Part shown: positions 48,114 to 57,768 of the stretch, piece after piece
Layout: each line of letters starts with the position of its first letter
Numbering within the stretch: position 1 is the stretch's first letter
From: Candidatus Delongbacteria bacterium
Lineage (GTDB): Bacteria > CAIWAD01
DNA: 64,000 nt
Direction of reading: 5' to 3'
Assembly: GCA_963663545.1 (NCBI GenBank)
Contig: OY760505.1
Span: 2,944,001-3,008,000, forward strand
Notes under the pieces: model-generated
Database searches by the model: none
What the model was told of the DNA's origin: nothing
What the model saw: only the letters and a program-made list of their open reading frames with translations
Made by a program: the position numbers and the translations under genes

Positions 48114-48404
48114 ATGCAATTAGGCCGCGTGATCGGCACCCTCTGGGCCACCCGCAAGGATCCCAAACTGACGGGATTGAAATTCCTCATCGTGCGTCAT
48201 CTGGATTTCGATTTGAGTGAGAAGAGCGGCTTCAGCGTCGCCGTGGACAGCGTCGGCGCCGGTGCTGGCGAGATCGTGCTGACCGCGTCGGGCTCAAGTG
48301 CACGCCTGACTCAGGCAACCGAAGGTCGTCCGGTAGATACGGTGATCATGGCCATCGTCGATCGCCTTGAAGTCGAGGGCAAACAGACCGAGGTGCTGGC
48401 GTGA
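48114..48404 (+). CDS. EutN/CcmL-family BMC vertex (BMC-P) protein
   Basis: GRVIG..WAT.K, AVDSVGAG.GE.V, GSSAR and PVD..I.AIVD motifs. Confidence 0.92.
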   Translation: MQLGRVIGTLWATRKDPKLTGLKFLIVRHLDFDLSEKSGFSVAVDSVGAGAGEIVLTASGSSARLTQATEGRPVDTVIMAIVDRLEVEGKQTEVLA

Positions 48405-48667
48405 ACCTGGCCACCGTCATCGGCAAGGTCTGGGCCACGCGCAAGTTGCCCGCATTGCAGGACGCCGTGCTGCTGATTCTACAGCCGGTCGACGGCGACG
48501 GCAAGGTCTGCGGCAGTCCTTTGGCCGCTGCGGACACACTGGGTGCCCGCCAGGGGCAAAGCGTGTATTACGTCAGCTCAAAAGAAGCCAGCATGCCCAT
48601 GCCGGATCCGGCGATGACCGCGATTGATGCTTGTATCGTGGGAATTGTGGATCACGTAGATCGTTGA
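48401..48667 (+). CDS. second EutN/CcmL-family BMC vertex protein
   Basis: VIGKVWATRK, A.DTLGA..G and IDACIVGIVD motifs; GTGA overlap. Confidence 0.88.
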   Translation: MNLATVIGKVWATRKLPALQDAVLLILQPVDGDGKVCGSPLAAADTLGARQGQSVYYVSSKEASMPMPDPAMTAIDACIVGIVDHVDR

Positions 48668-49078
48668 CTAGCGGTAGCTGAGGGTCATGGTGACCACCGT
48701 GCCCGAGGTTGTGTGTTGTACCTGCACCTCGTCCATCAGGTGCTGGATGATCAAGAGGCCGCGTCCATGTTCGTCCAGCAGGTTTTCCGGCTGGAGGGGA
48801 TCGGCGAGGTTCTTGGGATTGAAGCCCCCGCCCTGGTCCTCGACGGCGAGCGTCAGCAGACGGGAATCCTCCTGCCACCGAGCGCACAACGTCACACGGC
48901 CTTTGCCTTGATGCGAGCTGCCATGCAGAATGGCGTTGTTGGCCGCTTCGGTGCCGGCGATAATCAGACTACCGGCACGATCCTCGTCGAGACCCGCGCG
49001 CTGCGCGACCTCATCCAGGAAGGCCTCCACCTCGTTGATGGCGGCTGGATCGGGTACTATGCTTAGTCTTGCTTCCAT
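48668..49078 (-). CDS. RsbW-like anti-sigma factor / HATPase_c_2 protein
   Basis: E...NAI.HG, V.DQGGGF and GRGL.I...LMDEV motifs; start reassigned to ATG49078. Confidence 0.85.
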   Translation of the reverse strand: MEARLSIVPDPAAINEVEAFLDEVAQRAGLDEDRAGSLIIAGTEAANNAILHGSSHQGKGRVTLCARWQEDSRLLTLAVEDQGGGFNPKNLADPLQPENLLDEHGRGLLIIQHLMDEVQVQHTTSGTVVTMTLSYR

Positions 49079-49144
49079 AAAGCGATACAGGCGAGAGCAT
49101 AACAATCTCACGCCGCATTTGTATGTAGAGAGCCGGGAAAGCCA

Positions 49145-51124
49145 GTGATTCAACTTCAGCATATCGATCTCGAGTTCAGCGACAAGAAAGTTTTCACCCA
49201 GCTTAGCTGGCATATCCGGCGCAACGAGCGCATCGGTTTGGTGGGCGACAACGGTGCTGGCAAAACCACACTGATGCGTATGATCATGGGCGAGATGGAG
49301 CCCGACAAGGGGCGCGTTATTCCTTCGCCCCGAGTGCGCATCGGCTATCTGGCGCAGCAGTTCACCTACAGCTCCAGCCGTCCGCTTTTGGAGCTGGTTA
49401 TCGAGGCGGCCGGGGATCTGCGCCGCATCGAGCGCGAAATTGTTGAGCTGCAGCACGCTGTATCACACATGGAAGCCGACAGCGAAGAGCAGCACGAGAC
49501 GCTGCAGCAGCTTGGCCATTTGCAGGAGCTCTTTGAGCATCGCGACGGTTTTCGCATTGAGGCGGAAGCGCGCAGCATTCTGCAGGGCCTGGGCTTTGGC
49601 GCCGATGAGCTGGAACGTCCGCTGGATACTTTCTCGGGCGGCTGGCAAATGCGCGCAGCAATGGCGCGGCTACTGCTTTCCTCGCCCGATCTGCTACTGC
49701 TGGACGAGCCCACCAATCACTTGGACACCGACGCGCTGGAGTGGCTCGAACGCTACCTACGTGCCTGGGATGGTACGGTGGTCACTGTATCACACGATCG
49801 CTTTTTCCTGGATCGCACTGTATCACGCATTGCCGAGTTGACCAATTGCACGCTGACGGAGTATCACGGCAATTACACCGAGTATCGCCGTCTGAAGGAA
49901 GGCGATATGGAACGTCGTATGGCAGAGCTGCACAGTCGCCAGGATCGCATTCAGGAGCTGGAGCGTTTTGTCGATCGATTCCGCTACAAAAGTAGCAAGG
50001 CCAAGCAGGTGCAGTCGCGGGTCAAACAACTCGAGAAGCTCAAGGACGGTTTGCCCGTCATCGAGCGAGAATCACGCGGCCTGCAGTTTCAGTTTCCACC
50101 TTGCGAACGTAGCGGCGACATCGCGCTTGAATTGAACGGGCTGGGCCACGCGTACAACGGCAGGGATGTTTTTAGTGATCTCAACTTGCACATCAAGCGC
50201 GGCGAGCGCGTAGCGCTTGTGGGGCCCAACGGTGCTGGAAAGTCCACTTTGACGCGGCTGATCTCAGGGATGGAAGAACCCGTTCGGGGCGAGGCAAAGT
50301 TGGGCCACAAGGTGGAGTTCGAGGTCTACACGCAGGAAGTGGAACAGCGGCTGAACTCAGAGCACACTGTGTTACAAAGTCTGGAAGAGGTCAACCGCGG
50401 CCTGAGTCAGACAGAATTGCGCAGCCTTCTGGGACGCTTTCTCTTTGGCGGCGACAGCGTGTTCAAAAAGGTCGGCGTGCTTTCCGGTGGTGAAAAGAGC
50501 CGTCTGGCTGTAGCACGTCTAATGATGGCGCGGGCCAATCTGCTCATCTTGGACGAGCCTACCAATCACCTGGATCTGAAGGCGAAGAACACACTGCAGC
50601 AGGCGTTGCACAATTTCCAAGGTACAGTGCTGGTGGTGAGTCACGATCGCTACTTCCTGGACGGCGTTGTAACACGCGTTCTGGAGTTGCGTGATTCCGT
50701 GATACACGATTTCTCCGGCAACTACAGCGACTATCTGCGCGCGCGCGAAGAAGCCGAAGCTGCGGAAGCGGCGCGCAATGCTGCGATTTCTGGAGCACAA
50801 GCGACTGAAGACGATCGACCGGCCAGAGCGCGTTCTCGCGAAGAGCGTAAACGGGCTACCGAAGAGAAGATCCGTCGCGGGCGTGTGCTACGCGAAGTGC
50901 AGAAAGAGGCCGACAAACTCGAGGCGCGTATTGCCAAAATCGAAGCGCGCATGGGCGAGTTGGAGCAGGCACTGATGAAAGAAGATGTGTACAATGACCC
51001 ACAGAAGATGAAAGAGGCCGGCGTCGAGTACGCCCGTTTGCGCGAAGAGCACGCACGCTTCTTTGCCGACTGGGAGGACGCCCAGCAGCGGGTTGAGGAC
51101 ACGATGGCGGAGCTGGATTCCTGA
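49145..51124 (+). CDS. ABC-F family ATPase (YheS/Uup-like)
   Basis: two NBDs (GDNGAGKTT/FSGGW and GPNGAGKST/LSGGEK), DEPTNHLD twice, C-terminal coiled coil, no TM. Confidence 0.92.
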   Translation: MIQLQHIDLEFSDKKVFTQLSWHIRRNERIGLVGDNGAGKTTLMRMIMGEMEPDKGRVIPSPRVRIGYLAQQFTYSSSRPLLELVIEAAGDLRRIEREIVELQHAVSHMEADSEEQHETLQQLGHLQELFEHRDGFRIEAEARSILQGLGFGADELERPLDTFSGGWQMRAAMARLLLSSPDLLLLDEPTNHLDTDALEWLERYLRAWDGTVVTVSHDRFFLDRTVSRIAELTNCTLTEYHGNYTEYRRLKEGDMERRMAELHSRQDRIQELERFVDRFRYKSSKAKQVQSRVKQLEKLKDGLPVIERESRGLQFQFPPCERSGDIALELNGLGHAYNGRDVFSDLNLHIKRGERVALVGPNGAGKSTLTRLISGMEEPVRGEAKLGHKVEFEVYTQEVEQRLNSEHTVLQSLEEVNRGLSQTELRSLLGRFLFGGDSVFKKVGVLSGGEKSRLAVARLMMARANLLILDEPTNHLDLKAKNTLQQALHNFQGTVLVVSHDRYFLDGVVTRVLELRDSVIHDFSGNYSDYLRAREEAEAAEAARNAAISGAQATEDDRPARARSREERKRATEEKIRRGRVLREVQKEADKLEARIAKIEARMGELEQALMKEDVYNDPQKMKEAGVEYARLREEHARFFADWEDAQQRVEDTMAELDS

Positions 51125-51137
51125 TACAGGAGGAGAC

Positions 51138-52895
51138 ATGAGGAATTTTCTATTGGGCCTTTTTTCCGGCGTGACACTGCTGATTTTGCTCTTGCTGGCA
51201 GGTGTGATCGCGCTGGGCATGAAGGCCATTAGCGGTGCGCGCCCCGAGACACCGAACCAGATGGTCCTTCGCTTGAGCTGGTCCGATGTGCTCGTCGGTC
51301 ATCAGGTGAGCCCGTTGGATGCCGGTCTGCACGGCACTCTGACGCTGACCAGTCTCATCGAAACCCTCGACCGCGCCGCCGAGGACTCCCGCGTGCAGGC
51401 CGTTGTCATCGATGGTTCTGCGCCCATGCCGCGCGAGTTCCTTTGGGAGCTTCAACCTGCGATGAATCGTCTGCGCGAGGCGGGCAAGCCCATTGAAGCT
51501 TATTTGGAAATGGCCGACGATCCGCAATTGGCGCTTGCCGTCATGGCCGACAAGATTACCATGAGCCCCGCTTCTTCCGCCGGTCTTGTGTTCCAGGGCC
51601 TGGCGGCGGCGAGTTATTACATGCGTCCGCTGCTTGACCGCTACGGCGTCAAGATGCATGTGTTACACCAGGGCGAGGCCAAGGGCTTTGGCGAGCACTA
51701 TGTTCGTGATACAATGTCCGATGCGGTGCGCGCTAATCTTGGGCTGCTGGTGGAGGACCTGTGGTCCCTGCAACTCAACTGGATCGCGGACCATCGCGAA
51801 GGTGTTGATGTGCGTGCGCTGCGCAGTTTCGTCGAGGACCCTGCTCACGTGATTATGCTTCCGGCGGATGCGGAGCAGTTGCACCTTGTTGACGAGCTTC
51901 GTTCCCGCGCAGACTGGCAGCGTTCCATGGAACGCCGTTTCAACGATGCCGAATGGGTGAGCGTCGAGAATTACCTGGCACAGCAGAGTAGAAAGAGTGC
52001 GACCGTTGTGGGCCAGCACGTCGCCGTGCTGTGGGCAGAGGGTGGCATTGTCGGCGGTGAGTCTGCCGCGAATAGTGTCAGCATCAGTTCGCGCTCCCTG
52101 ATCGAGGATCTGGAAGACCTGCGCGATGACGAAGAGGTGCGCGCCATTGTTCTGCGTGTCGAAAGCCCCGGCGGCAGTGCGTTGGCCAGCGAAGAGATCT
52201 ATTGCAAGCTGGAGGAAATTCGCAGCGAAAAGCCGCTGTTGGTCTCCATGGGCCGTGTGGCTGCTTCGGGCGGCTACTACATCTCCGCTCCGGGTCAGCA
52301 GATCTGGGCCAGCCCGGCCACCATTACCGGCAGTATCGGCGTAGTCTCGGTGATTCCCGATTTCGCCAAAGCCGCCGATAAGCTGGGCGTGCAGCCCGAC
52401 GGCGTCTATTCCACGCCCTTGGCCACGATGACGCGCCTGGGCAATCCGGTTCCTCCCGAACTGCTGGCTTCCCTGGATCACTACATGGCGGGCACCTACG
52501 TTGAGTTCCGCGATCGTGTGACACGCTATCGTCCGCTGGATGACGAGCAGTTGTTGCCCATCGCCGGTGGCCGCGTCTGGAGCGGCTCACGCGCGCAGGA
52601 GCTGGGCTTGGTTGACAGTCTGGGAACGCTGGAGGATGTGATACAGCGTGCAGCCTGGCAGGCAGAGCTTGGCGATGCGCAGGTGGTCCACTATCCCAAG
52701 GTGGAAAGCCTGATGGATCTGTTCCTGTCCGGCGAGATCAAACCCAAAGATCTGCTGCCACACGCGCAGAGTGGTTACATGAACGCGCTGGCGGATCCCG
52801 AGCTCGAGAAGCTGCTGGCCGATTTGCAAGCGGGCAGAACGCGACGTGATCCGGCTGAAATGGTGCAGACTCGCTGCCCGTGGACCGTCGAGTAG
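51138..52895 (+). CDS. sppA: signal peptide peptidase SppA, 67K type
   Basis: N-terminal TM; G.AKGFGE, ESPGGSALASE, SMG.VAASGGYY and ITGSIGV motifs; AGGAGG RBS. Confidence 0.9.
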   Translation: MRNFLLGLFSGVTLLILLLLAGVIALGMKAISGARPETPNQMVLRLSWSDVLVGHQVSPLDAGLHGTLTLTSLIETLDRAAEDSRVQAVVIDGSAPMPREFLWELQPAMNRLREAGKPIEAYLEMADDPQLALAVMADKITMSPASSAGLVFQGLAAASYYMRPLLDRYGVKMHVLHQGEAKGFGEHYVRDTMSDAVRANLGLLVEDLWSLQLNWIADHREGVDVRALRSFVEDPAHVIMLPADAEQLHLVDELRSRADWQRSMERRFNDAEWVSVENYLAQQSRKSATVVGQHVAVLWAEGGIVGGESAANSVSISSRSLIEDLEDLRDDEEVRAIVLRVESPGGSALASEEIYCKLEEIRSEKPLLVSMGRVAASGGYYISAPGQQIWASPATITGSIGVVSVIPDFAKAADKLGVQPDGVYSTPLATMTRLGNPVPPELLASLDHYMAGTYVEFRDRVTRYRPLDDEQLLPIAGGRVWSGSRAQELGLVDSLGTLEDVIQRAAWQAELGDAQVVHYPKVESLMDLFLSGEIKPKDLLPHAQSGYMNALADPELEKLLADLQAGRTRRDPAEMVQTRCPWTVE

Positions 52896-52928
52896 CTGAT
52901 TCTCACTGGCTTGCAGCACAAAAATCGC

Positions 52929-52965
52929 AGCCCGGAGCGCTTTTCGCGACTCCGGGCTTTGTTTT
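52929..52965 (+). terminator. terminator
   Basis: AGCCCGGAG...CTCCGGGCT followed by TTGTTTT. Confidence 0.7.
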
Positions 52966-53067
52966 GCCTCAAGGGTTTGCCGAAGCTGCCGATCTTAGCA
53001 GCAGTCGTCACCATGAAGGACGCTGATAAGCATCGGGGATAGCCCCGGCAGGTGAAGGGAGCAAGCA

Positions 53068-53382
53068 GTGCAAAGCCGCCATGGACAGGTTATTCTGGAT
53101 ACCGCAGGAGGAAATCAGGTTGTGCTGCTGGACGAACAGCGCATGGCCCTCGGCCTGGGACCGGTGCTGCTTCCGCTGACCCGCAGTGCGCTGGCACGCC
53201 TTTCCGACGTATTGATCAACGTGGCCCGTTCCTGGGAACGCTACGAAAAGGAAGGCCGCGTTTACATTAACTGCGACCGCCTGGTGCTGCGTCTCACGCG
53301 CGAAGAGTTTCTGGAATTGATGAGCCTGGTCAGCCGGGCGATGACCTGGCTACAGGGTCAGAGCCAGGAGCTCCCGAACTAG
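53068..53382 (+). CDS. hypothetical protein (104 aa)
   Basis: fills the intergenic gap; AAGGGAG RBS; host-like codon use. Confidence 0.6.
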   Translation: MQSRHGQVILDTAGGNQVVLLDEQRMALGLGPVLLPLTRSALARLSDVLINVARSWERYEKEGRVYINCDRLVLRLTREEFLELMSLVSRAMTWLQGQSQELPN

Positions 53383-53583
53383 CCCTTACTTTCGATTCAT
53401 ACAATCTGCCAACGAGGGTCCGTTTTCGAGCGGGCCCTCGTTGTATCACGGCCCGACGAACTTGTTCACCTTTAATGAATTAGCTACAATCTTGACTCGT
53501 TCTGATTGGCGCCTTGCAGGGATACGAATGGCCACACGTCGGGCTATGCAGGCGCACTTCGGCAACCATAGCACGGAGGATGC

Positions 53584-54330
53584 ATGTCCGGTCATTCCAA
53601 ATGGTCTACCATCAAGCGCAAAAAGGGCGCCCTGGACGCCAAGCGTGGCAAGATTTTCGGTAAGCTGATCAAGGAAATCACCGTAGCAGCCCGCATGGGC
53701 GGTGGCGATGAAAACGCCAACCCTCGACTGCGGCAGGTGGTGCTCAAGGCCAAGGCGGTTAACATGCCCAACTCCAACGTTGAGCGTGCCATCGCCAAGG
53801 GCGTGGGCGGTGCCGATGGCGCCAACTACGAAGAAATTACCTATGAAGGCTACGGCCCCGCTGGTGTAGCCATTCTTATTGAGACCATGACCGATAATCG
53901 CAACCGTACGGTGGGCGAAGTTCGTCATCTGCTCAGCAAGTACGGCGGCAACCTGGGTGAAAGCGGCAGTGTCTCCTGGAACTTCGAGCGCGTCGGCCAG
54001 ATCAGCATTGACAAGGGCGAGCTGAGCGAGGAAGATGTGCTGATGATGGTCATGGACGCTGGCGCTGACAACATTGAAGACGGCGGTGATTCTTGGGAAA
54101 TCTTCGCAGCCGTCGAGAACATGGAAGCCGTGCGCGTGGCGCTGGTGGACGAGGGCCTCGAGGTCAAGGGCTACGAGCCGGTGCAGAAGCCCAAGAATGT
54201 GCAGACTGTGGAAGGCGACGATGTGCGCCGCGTGGTCAAGCTCATCGAAATGCTCGAGGACAATGACGACGTGCAGGCGGTGTATTCCAACTTCGACGCC
54301 GACGAGGATGCCCTCGCCGCTCTCGAGTAG
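53584..54330 (+). CDS. yebC: YebC/PmpR family protein
   Basis: MSGHSKWSTIK.KKG, YEGYGP.GVA, TDNRNRT and LEDNDDVQ.VY.N motifs. Confidence 0.95.
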   Translation: MSGHSKWSTIKRKKGALDAKRGKIFGKLIKEITVAARMGGGDENANPRLRQVVLKAKAVNMPNSNVERAIAKGVGGADGANYEEITYEGYGPAGVAILIETMTDNRNRTVGEVRHLLSKYGGNLGESGSVSWNFERVGQISIDKGELSEEDVLMMVMDAGADNIEDGGDSWEIFAAVENMEAVRVALVDEGLEVKGYEPVQKPKNVQTVEGDDVRRVVKLIEMLEDNDDVQAVYSNFDADEDALAALE

Positions 54331-54332
54331 CC

Positions 54333-54806
54333 GTGCGCGTTCTGGGCATTGATCCTGGCCTGGCGATCACCGGTTACGGACTGGTGGACGCACACGGTAG
54401 CCGCATGAGCCCCGTAGAATACGGCGTGATACGCAGCAAGGGAGAAATGCCCGAGCGTCTGGCGCAGATTTTTCGCGAGCTGGAGCAGATCATTGTCCAG
54501 CACTCGCCGGACGCGGTGGGCGTTGAGCAAGTGTTCAAGGGCCCCAACGTGCAATCCCTGGTCAAGCTGAGTCACGCGCGCGCCGCAGCGGTGTTGGCCG
54601 CTGGCCTGCGGGGAATTCCCGTCTTTGAGTACACGCCCATGCAGATCAAGCGGGCGGTCACCGGTCGTGGTGCCGCCGATAAAACGCAGGTCTGCTTCAT
54701 GATTACGCGTTTGCTGGCGCTGTCCGAAGCGCCCAAACCGCTGGATGCCAGCGACGCTCTTGCCGTTGCCATCTGCCACCATCAGGCTTCGCGCCTGAAA
54801 TTGTAG
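54333..54806 (+). CDS. ruvC: Holliday junction resolvase
   Basis: LGIDPG...TGYG, EY.P..IK..VTG.G.A.K.QV and D..DALAVA motifs. Confidence 0.95.
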   Translation: MRVLGIDPGLAITGYGLVDAHGSRMSPVEYGVIRSKGEMPERLAQIFRELEQIIVQHSPDAVGVEQVFKGPNVQSLVKLSHARAAAVLAAGLRGIPVFEYTPMQIKRAVTGRGAADKTQVCFMITRLLALSEAPKPLDASDALAVAICHHQASRLKL

Positions 54807-54814
54807 GACGCCGA

Positions 54815-55441
54815 ATGTTCGACTCACTCCGCGGCAGTGTGCTAAGCCTGCAACCCACGCGCGTGGTGCTTTCCACGGGCGGCATCGGTTGGGATCTAGC
54901 CTGCAGTGTCAACACCAGCCGCCGACTGGGACTCAAACAGCGGGTGCGTCTTTACGTCCACATGAATCTGGTGGTCAACACTTCGCAGATATCGCTTTAC
55001 GCTTTTCACAACCAGGCTGAGCGGGACATTTTTCGCCAGCTGATCACCGTTTCGGGCATCGGTCCGAAAGTGGCGTTGGCCATCCTTTCAGGTATGGAGG
55101 TGGACGAGCTGCTGCGCGTGCTGGCCGAGGCCGACACAACGCGGCTGACTCGTGTGCCCGGTGTGGGCAAAAAAACGGCGGAGCGTCTGATTCTGGAGTT
55201 GGGCGAGAAGCTGAAGTCTATGCTGCACGCGGTACCTGCAGGATCTGTGACACACGCACCCGCAGCTGTGGTTGCTGGAGCTGGCGCAGAACAGGAAGCG
55301 CTGGAGGCGTTGCTGGCGCTGGGCTACAAGCCCGCGCAGGCGGAGCAGGAAGTGGCCGCCGCTCGCGCACGTATCACGGCGGAAGGCACCGACGAATCGG
55401 TGGAAGCCATTGTGCGTAACGTGTTACAACGCTCCAGGTGA
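54815..55441 (+). CDS. ruvA: Holliday junction branch migration protein A
   Basis: VSGIGPK.AL, VPGVGKKTAER..LEL and AL.ALGY motifs. Confidence 0.93.
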   Translation: MFDSLRGSVLSLQPTRVVLSTGGIGWDLACSVNTSRRLGLKQRVRLYVHMNLVVNTSQISLYAFHNQAERDIFRQLITVSGIGPKVALAILSGMEVDELLRVLAEADTTRLTRVPGVGKKTAERLILELGEKLKSMLHAVPAGSVTHAPAAVVAGAGAEQEALEALLALGYKPAQAEQEVAAARARITAEGTDESVEAIVRNVLQRSR

Positions 55442-55452
55442 GGTGATACAAG

Positions 55453-56484
55453 GTGGAAGATCAGGGACGCATCATCGCAGGCACATTCAGTGAGGAAGAC
55501 CGCCTCGAGGCCGGCCTGCGTCCCGAGACCCTGGATGAGTTTGTTGGTCAGGAGCGCCACAAGCAGAACCTGCGGGTCTTTCTGGCTGCCGCACGTGGAC
55601 GGGGCGAGGCGCTGGATCACTGCCTGTTTTCTGGCCCTCCCGGTCTGGGCAAAACGACATTGGCGCACATCATCGCCCGTGAAATGGGGCACGAGATCCG
55701 TATCACATCGGGACCCGTGCTCGAAAAGCCTGCTGATCTGGCGGGCCTGCTGACGAATCTGGGTGAGGGCGACATTCTCTTTGTCGACGAGATCCACCGC
55801 CTGAACCGCATGGTCGAGGAGTATCTCTACTCGGCCATGGAAGATTTTCGACTGGACATCATGCTCGATCGCGGCGCTGCCGCACGCAGTGTGCAGCTCA
55901 GTCTGCCGCGCTTCACTCTGGTGGGGGCTACAACGCGCTCTGGGCTGCTCACCAGTCCGCTGCTGGCGCGCTTTGGCATTGTGATGCATCTGGAGCACTA
56001 CCAGCCGGGCGAGTTGGCGCAGATCATCATGCGTAGCGCACGCTTGCTGGAGGTACCGCTGGACAAGGAAGCCGCAGTCGAACTGGCCGGGCGCTGTCGT
56101 GGAACACCGCGTGTGGCCAACCGCCTGCTGCGCCGTCTGCGCGATTTTGCCGAGGTCAAAGGCGACGGATGTATCACGCTTGAGCTTGCGCGCTACGGTC
56201 TGGAGCAGCTCGAAGTGGATGCCCGCGGTCTGGATCGCCTCGATCGGCGTTTGCTGCGCTCTCTGGTGGAGACGTACAAGGGCGGTCCCGTTGGATTGGG
56301 TACGCTGGCAGTGGCCCTTGGCGAAGAGATCGATACTCTTGAAGACGTTGTAGAACCCTACCTTGTCAAGGAAGGCTTCATGCAGCGAACTCAACGCGGA
56401 CGTGTTGCGCTACCCGCTGCCTGGGAGCACCTTGGTCTGCCTGTCCCCAGTCGGGGCGAAGGACCAATGCTGGAACTGAAGTAA
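55453..56484 (+). CDS. ruvB: Holliday junction helicase
   Basis: LRP..L.EFVGQ, GPPGLGKTTLA, DEIHRL, GATTR and RGTPRVANRLL motifs. Confidence 0.96.
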   Translation: MEDQGRIIAGTFSEEDRLEAGLRPETLDEFVGQERHKQNLRVFLAAARGRGEALDHCLFSGPPGLGKTTLAHIIAREMGHEIRITSGPVLEKPADLAGLLTNLGEGDILFVDEIHRLNRMVEEYLYSAMEDFRLDIMLDRGAAARSVQLSLPRFTLVGATTRSGLLTSPLLARFGIVMHLEHYQPGELAQIIMRSARLLEVPLDKEAAVELAGRCRGTPRVANRLLRRLRDFAEVKGDGCITLELARYGLEQLEVDARGLDRLDRRLLRSLVETYKGGPVGLGTLAVALGEEIDTLEDVVEPYLVKEGFMQRTQRGRVALPAAWEHLGLPVPSRGEGPMLELK

Positions 56485-56580
56485 CTCCGGCCCATGCCGG
56501 TTTTGTATCACAGGGGATCACCCCGCGTAGCAGCCAACAGCCGCGTGTCCGCGGCCGGGGGCACAACAGGAGATTGAATC

Positions 56581-57615
56581 ATGCGTTTATCCGATTTCAA
56601 GTACCAACTGCCCGAGAAGCTGATTGCCCAGGAGCCGCTGAAGGAACGCGACAAATCCCGCCTCTTGGTAATGGATCGCGAGACCGGCGACGTGGAGCAC
56701 AAAGTCTTCAAGGATATCGTCGACTACTTTGGCCCCAATGATGTTCTTGTGGTCAACGATACACGCGTGATCAAGGCCCGCATGAAGGGCTACAAAGAGA
56801 AGACCGATGCCGAAATCGAAGTCTTCCTGCTGCGCGAGCTCAACGAGAACATGTGGGAGATCATGGTCAAGCCGGCGCGCAAAGTGCGCATGGGCAATAC
56901 CATTACCCTCATGGATGGCATCACCTGCGACATCATCGACAACACCACTTCCGGTGGTCGTGTGGTGCGCATAGACTACGATGGCGACTTTCACAAGCTG
57001 ATCGAGAAGCACGGTTCGGTGCCACTGCCGCCGTACATCAAGCGCGCGCCTGATCGGAAGGATGAGAAGAATTATCAGACGATCTATTCCGATCCCGACA
57101 AGGTGGGAGCCGTTGCAGCGCCCACCGCTGGTCTGCATTTCACCAAGCGACTGATTTCTCGGCTCGAGAAAAAGGGTGTGAAGGTTGTACCGGTCACGCT
57201 GCACGTCAGCTTGGGTACATTCCGTCCCGTGAACGTCGAGGATCTGTCGCGTCACCGCATGGACAGCGAGTATTACGAAGTGCCGCGTGATACAGCGCTT
57301 GCTGTCAACGAAAGCATCAAGGCCGGTGGTAAAGTCTGGGCTGTGGGCACGACTGTAACACGCACCCTCGAGACTGTAGCCCGCTTCAATGGTGGCATAA
57401 ACCCGGATCGTGGTTGGACCGACAAGTTCATCTATCCACCCTACAAGTTCAAAGTGGTGGACAGAATCGTTACCAATTTCCACCTGCCGAGCTCGACGCT
57501 TTTGATGCTGGTCTCGGCGTTTGCCGACCGTGACATGATCATGGCTGCGTATAAAAAAGCGGTCAAAGAGAAGTATCGCTTCTTCAGTTATGGCGATGCG
57601 ATGCTGATCAAATAG
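56581..57615 (+). CDS. queA: SAM:tRNA ribosyltransferase-isomerase
   Basis: LP..LIAQ.P, PLPPYI, YQT, AAPTAGLHFT, TNFHLP and YRFFSYGDAM motifs. Confidence 0.96.
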   Translation: MRLSDFKYQLPEKLIAQEPLKERDKSRLLVMDRETGDVEHKVFKDIVDYFGPNDVLVVNDTRVIKARMKGYKEKTDAEIEVFLLRELNENMWEIMVKPARKVRMGNTITLMDGITCDIIDNTTSGGRVVRIDYDGDFHKLIEKHGSVPLPPYIKRAPDRKDEKNYQTIYSDPDKVGAVAAPTAGLHFTKRLISRLEKKGVKVVPVTLHVSLGTFRPVNVEDLSRHRMDSEYYEVPRDTALAVNESIKAGGKVWAVGTTVTRTLETVARFNGGINPDRGWTDKFIYPPYKFKVVDRIVTNFHLPSSTLLMLVSAFADRDMIMAAYKKAVKEKYRFFSYGDAMLIK

Positions 57616-57768
57616 CTGTTACAATGCTGCAGATTTTTCTTGGTGGGTATTGCAACAACACTTATTTTGCAACATTGTTGCTTGCAAGGCGGCTTGGAGC
57701 CTTGCCTGGTTCTTGATCCTGTGCCGGGTTGAGTTCCTGAGTTACCTTGGCACACGTTGGAGAACCAG

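Noticed and set aside
49079..49456. Long N-terminus of the RsbW-like ORF
   Set aside because: It is mostly antisense to the ABC-F gene; the HATPase domain begins near ATG49078.
54333..54806. RuvC as a TnpB/Cas nuclease
   Set aside because: It is a 157-aa canonical resolvase in the yebC-ruvCAB operon.
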